NCBI GenBank assembly: GCA_018698975.1
Contig: JABIPQ010000024.1
Coordinates: 106 to 64,105 of the forward strand
Direction: 5' to 3'
DNA from: Gammaproteobacteria bacterium
GTDB lineage: Bacteria; Pseudomonadota; Gammaproteobacteria; Pseudomonadales; Pseudohongiellaceae
DNA: 64,000 nt
Of this stretch, positions 62,743 to 64,000 are shown one piece after another. The stretch's first letter is position 1; every line of letters begins with the position of its first letter. The notes beneath the pieces were generated by a model. The model made no database searches, was not told the DNA's origin, and saw nothing but the letters and a program-made list of their open reading frames with translations. Both the position numbers and the translations under genes were made by a program.

Positions 62743-64000
62743 TATCTTCTACATACTGGTCCCAGAGTTTGACCATTTCTTCGAGCTTTTGCGGCAATTC
62801 ATTAGCAAGGTCACTGCGTTCGAGATTATTCTCGGACAGATCAAAAAGCATTGGGCCTTCATAATCCTGATCCCAGACAACTTTCCAGTCTCCCTGTCTG
62901 ATAGCTCTGACATCATAACCATGGATTTCCCAGCCAATCACTTCACTTTCATCATGCACTTCACTGGCTTCTCCCTCAAGGATAGGAAGCAGTGATTTGC
63001 TGGTAATGGGTAATATTTCCTGGTCACGATACAAGGTGCCAGGATGTTGTGTTCCTGCAAGGGCAAGAAAAGTGGGCATTAAATCCATGACTGTGCCCAG
63101 ACCATCGCTGCGCGTTCCGCCATCGATGAGTCCGCGATAATGCGCAAAAGCAGGGACATGATAACCGCCTTCAAAACTGGTGAATTTGTGATCTCGGGAA
63201 GGAGATGAGCTAACGGTCGCCCATTCGGGGCCAACCATGATCCAGGAGTTTCCCGCGCCAATATTTTCCAGACTGTGGTCATAGGCTGTGCCCACATGCT
63301 GCTGATAGGTTTCAGAGAGATCTCTGCGTCCGGGTTCTGCGCCGTTATCTGACATGAACATGATGAAAGTGTTATCAAATTCATCGATCTCTTTCAGATA
63401 GTCGATAACTTCCCCTACATAAATATCCAGATCACTGACCATGCCGGCATAGACCTGCATACGTTGTGCAGAGAATTGTTTTTCTTCTTCGCTGAGCTCA
63501 TCCCAGCGCGTGGCAAAAATCTCAAGATCATCAGGCTCCATATTTTCATCAACCAGTCCGAGCTCTTTCTGGCGCTCAAACCTGCTCAAATACAAGGCTT
63601 CATAGCCATCGTCGTACCAACCATCAAAACGGGCAATGGATTCTTTGGGGGCCTGAATGGGGAAATGAGGGGCGGTATAGGCCAGCCATGCAAAAAATGG
63701 TTTGCCATCGTCGCGGTCAGATTCAATGTACTCGATCATGCGATTGCTATAAAAGCGCGTGGAATAAAAATCTTCTCCCACATTGACCAGTTCATCGCCG
63801 TCTCGGTAGTCAGCGTTGACAGGTCCGGTCCAGGACCAGGGGCCCAGATGAGCAGCTCCATCAAGAGATATAAATGAACGCTTGAAGCCTCTGGCTCGGG
63901 GGCCATTATAAACATCTCGACCCAAATGCCATTTGCCTGTCATGTAAGTGTTATAGCCAGCATCAGTCATAAGGTCTGCAAGGCTTGCCACACGAAAATT
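62720..64000 (-). CDS. Arylsulfatase-family sulfatase (5' end outside the window)
   Basis: GYNTYMTGKWHLG, FFAWLAYTAPHFPIQAP and FIMFMSDNGAEP are sulfatase-family blocks. The N-terminal CxPxR region must lie beyond position 64000. The 3' end overlaps the FGE start by 23 nt. Confidence 0.85.
   Translation of the reverse strand, partial: NFRVASLADLMTDAGYNTYMTGKWHLGRDVYNGPRARGFKRSFISLDGAAHLGPWSWTGPVNADYRDGDELVNVGEDFYSTRFYSNRMIEYIESDRDDGKPFFAWLAYTAPHFPIQAPKESIARFDGWYDDGYEALYLSRFERQKELGLVDENMEPDDLEIFATRWDELSEEEKQFSAQRMQVYAGMVSDLDIYVGEVIDYLKEIDEFDNTFIMFMSDNGAEPGRRDLSETYQQHVGTAYDHSLENIGAGNSWIMVGPEWATVSSSPSRDHKFTSFEGGYHVPAFAHYRGLIDGGTRSDGLGTVMDLMPTFLALAGTQHPGTLYRDQEILPITSKSLLPILEGEASEVHDESEVIGWEIHGYDVRAIRQGDWKVVWDQDYEGPMLFDLSENNLERSDLANELPQKLEEMVKLWDQYVEDNDVIYQQ

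Overview
The gene content and order look like a mid-GC, Gammaproteobacteria-type chromosome. There are no rRNA or tRNA genes, CRISPR arrays, transposases or integrases.

**Positions 1 to 30.7 kb (+ strand):** this is the complete colinear translation/transcription supercluster. It runs secE-nusG, rplKA, rplJL-rpoBC, rpsLG-fusA, then the S10, spc and alpha operons. It includes rpmJ, which is too short for the supplied ORF track. I could read consensus sigma70 promoters in front of rpsL and rpsJ. Oddities here:
- no tuf gene after fusA
- long structured spacers (rpsJ-rplC, rplN-rplX, rpmJ-rpsM)
- short terminal extensions on S10, S17 and L15

**Positions 30.7 to 64 kb:** metabolic and accessory genes.
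- class-V aminotransferase
- signal-peptide-bearing FAH-family hydrolase
- DPD/DHOD-type FMN barrel fused to a PyrK-type FAD/[2Fe-2S] module
- p-cresol-methylhydroxylase-like flavoprotein with an overlapping cytochrome c gene
- SSF transporter, CBS protein, HAD-IIA plus GT9 pair, CNNM/CorC protein, PQQ sugar dehydrogenase
- Cfa-type methyltransferase, PPIase-HupE pair, SDR
- acidic secreted (GN)8 repeat protein, NAD epimerase, bona fide ppdK, FGE and a truncated sulfatase

**Best candidate for a new system:** the translationally coupled five-gene minus-strand operon at 44750-51051. It combines a split, phenylphosphate-synthase-like phosphotransferase with a complete three-component biotin carboxylase.
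- The phosphotransferase is a 604-aa substrate-domain plus His-swivel protein and a 352-aa ATP-grasp protein.
- The carboxylase is BCCP, biotin carboxylase and a 5S/pyruvate-carboxylase-type carboxyltransferase.
- I propose a phosphorylation-assisted carboxylation of an unknown, possibly ketone or phenolic, substrate. This is inference, not demonstrated.

**Two further themes:**
- Tandem heptanucleotide arrays recur. They often fold into long hairpins, and they sit after nusG, rpoC and the aminotransferase, beside and inside the candidate operon, and inside the BCCP linker codons.
- Two genes (SSF transporter, SDR) have conserved N-termini that can only be translated from an SD-preceded in-frame ATC codon.
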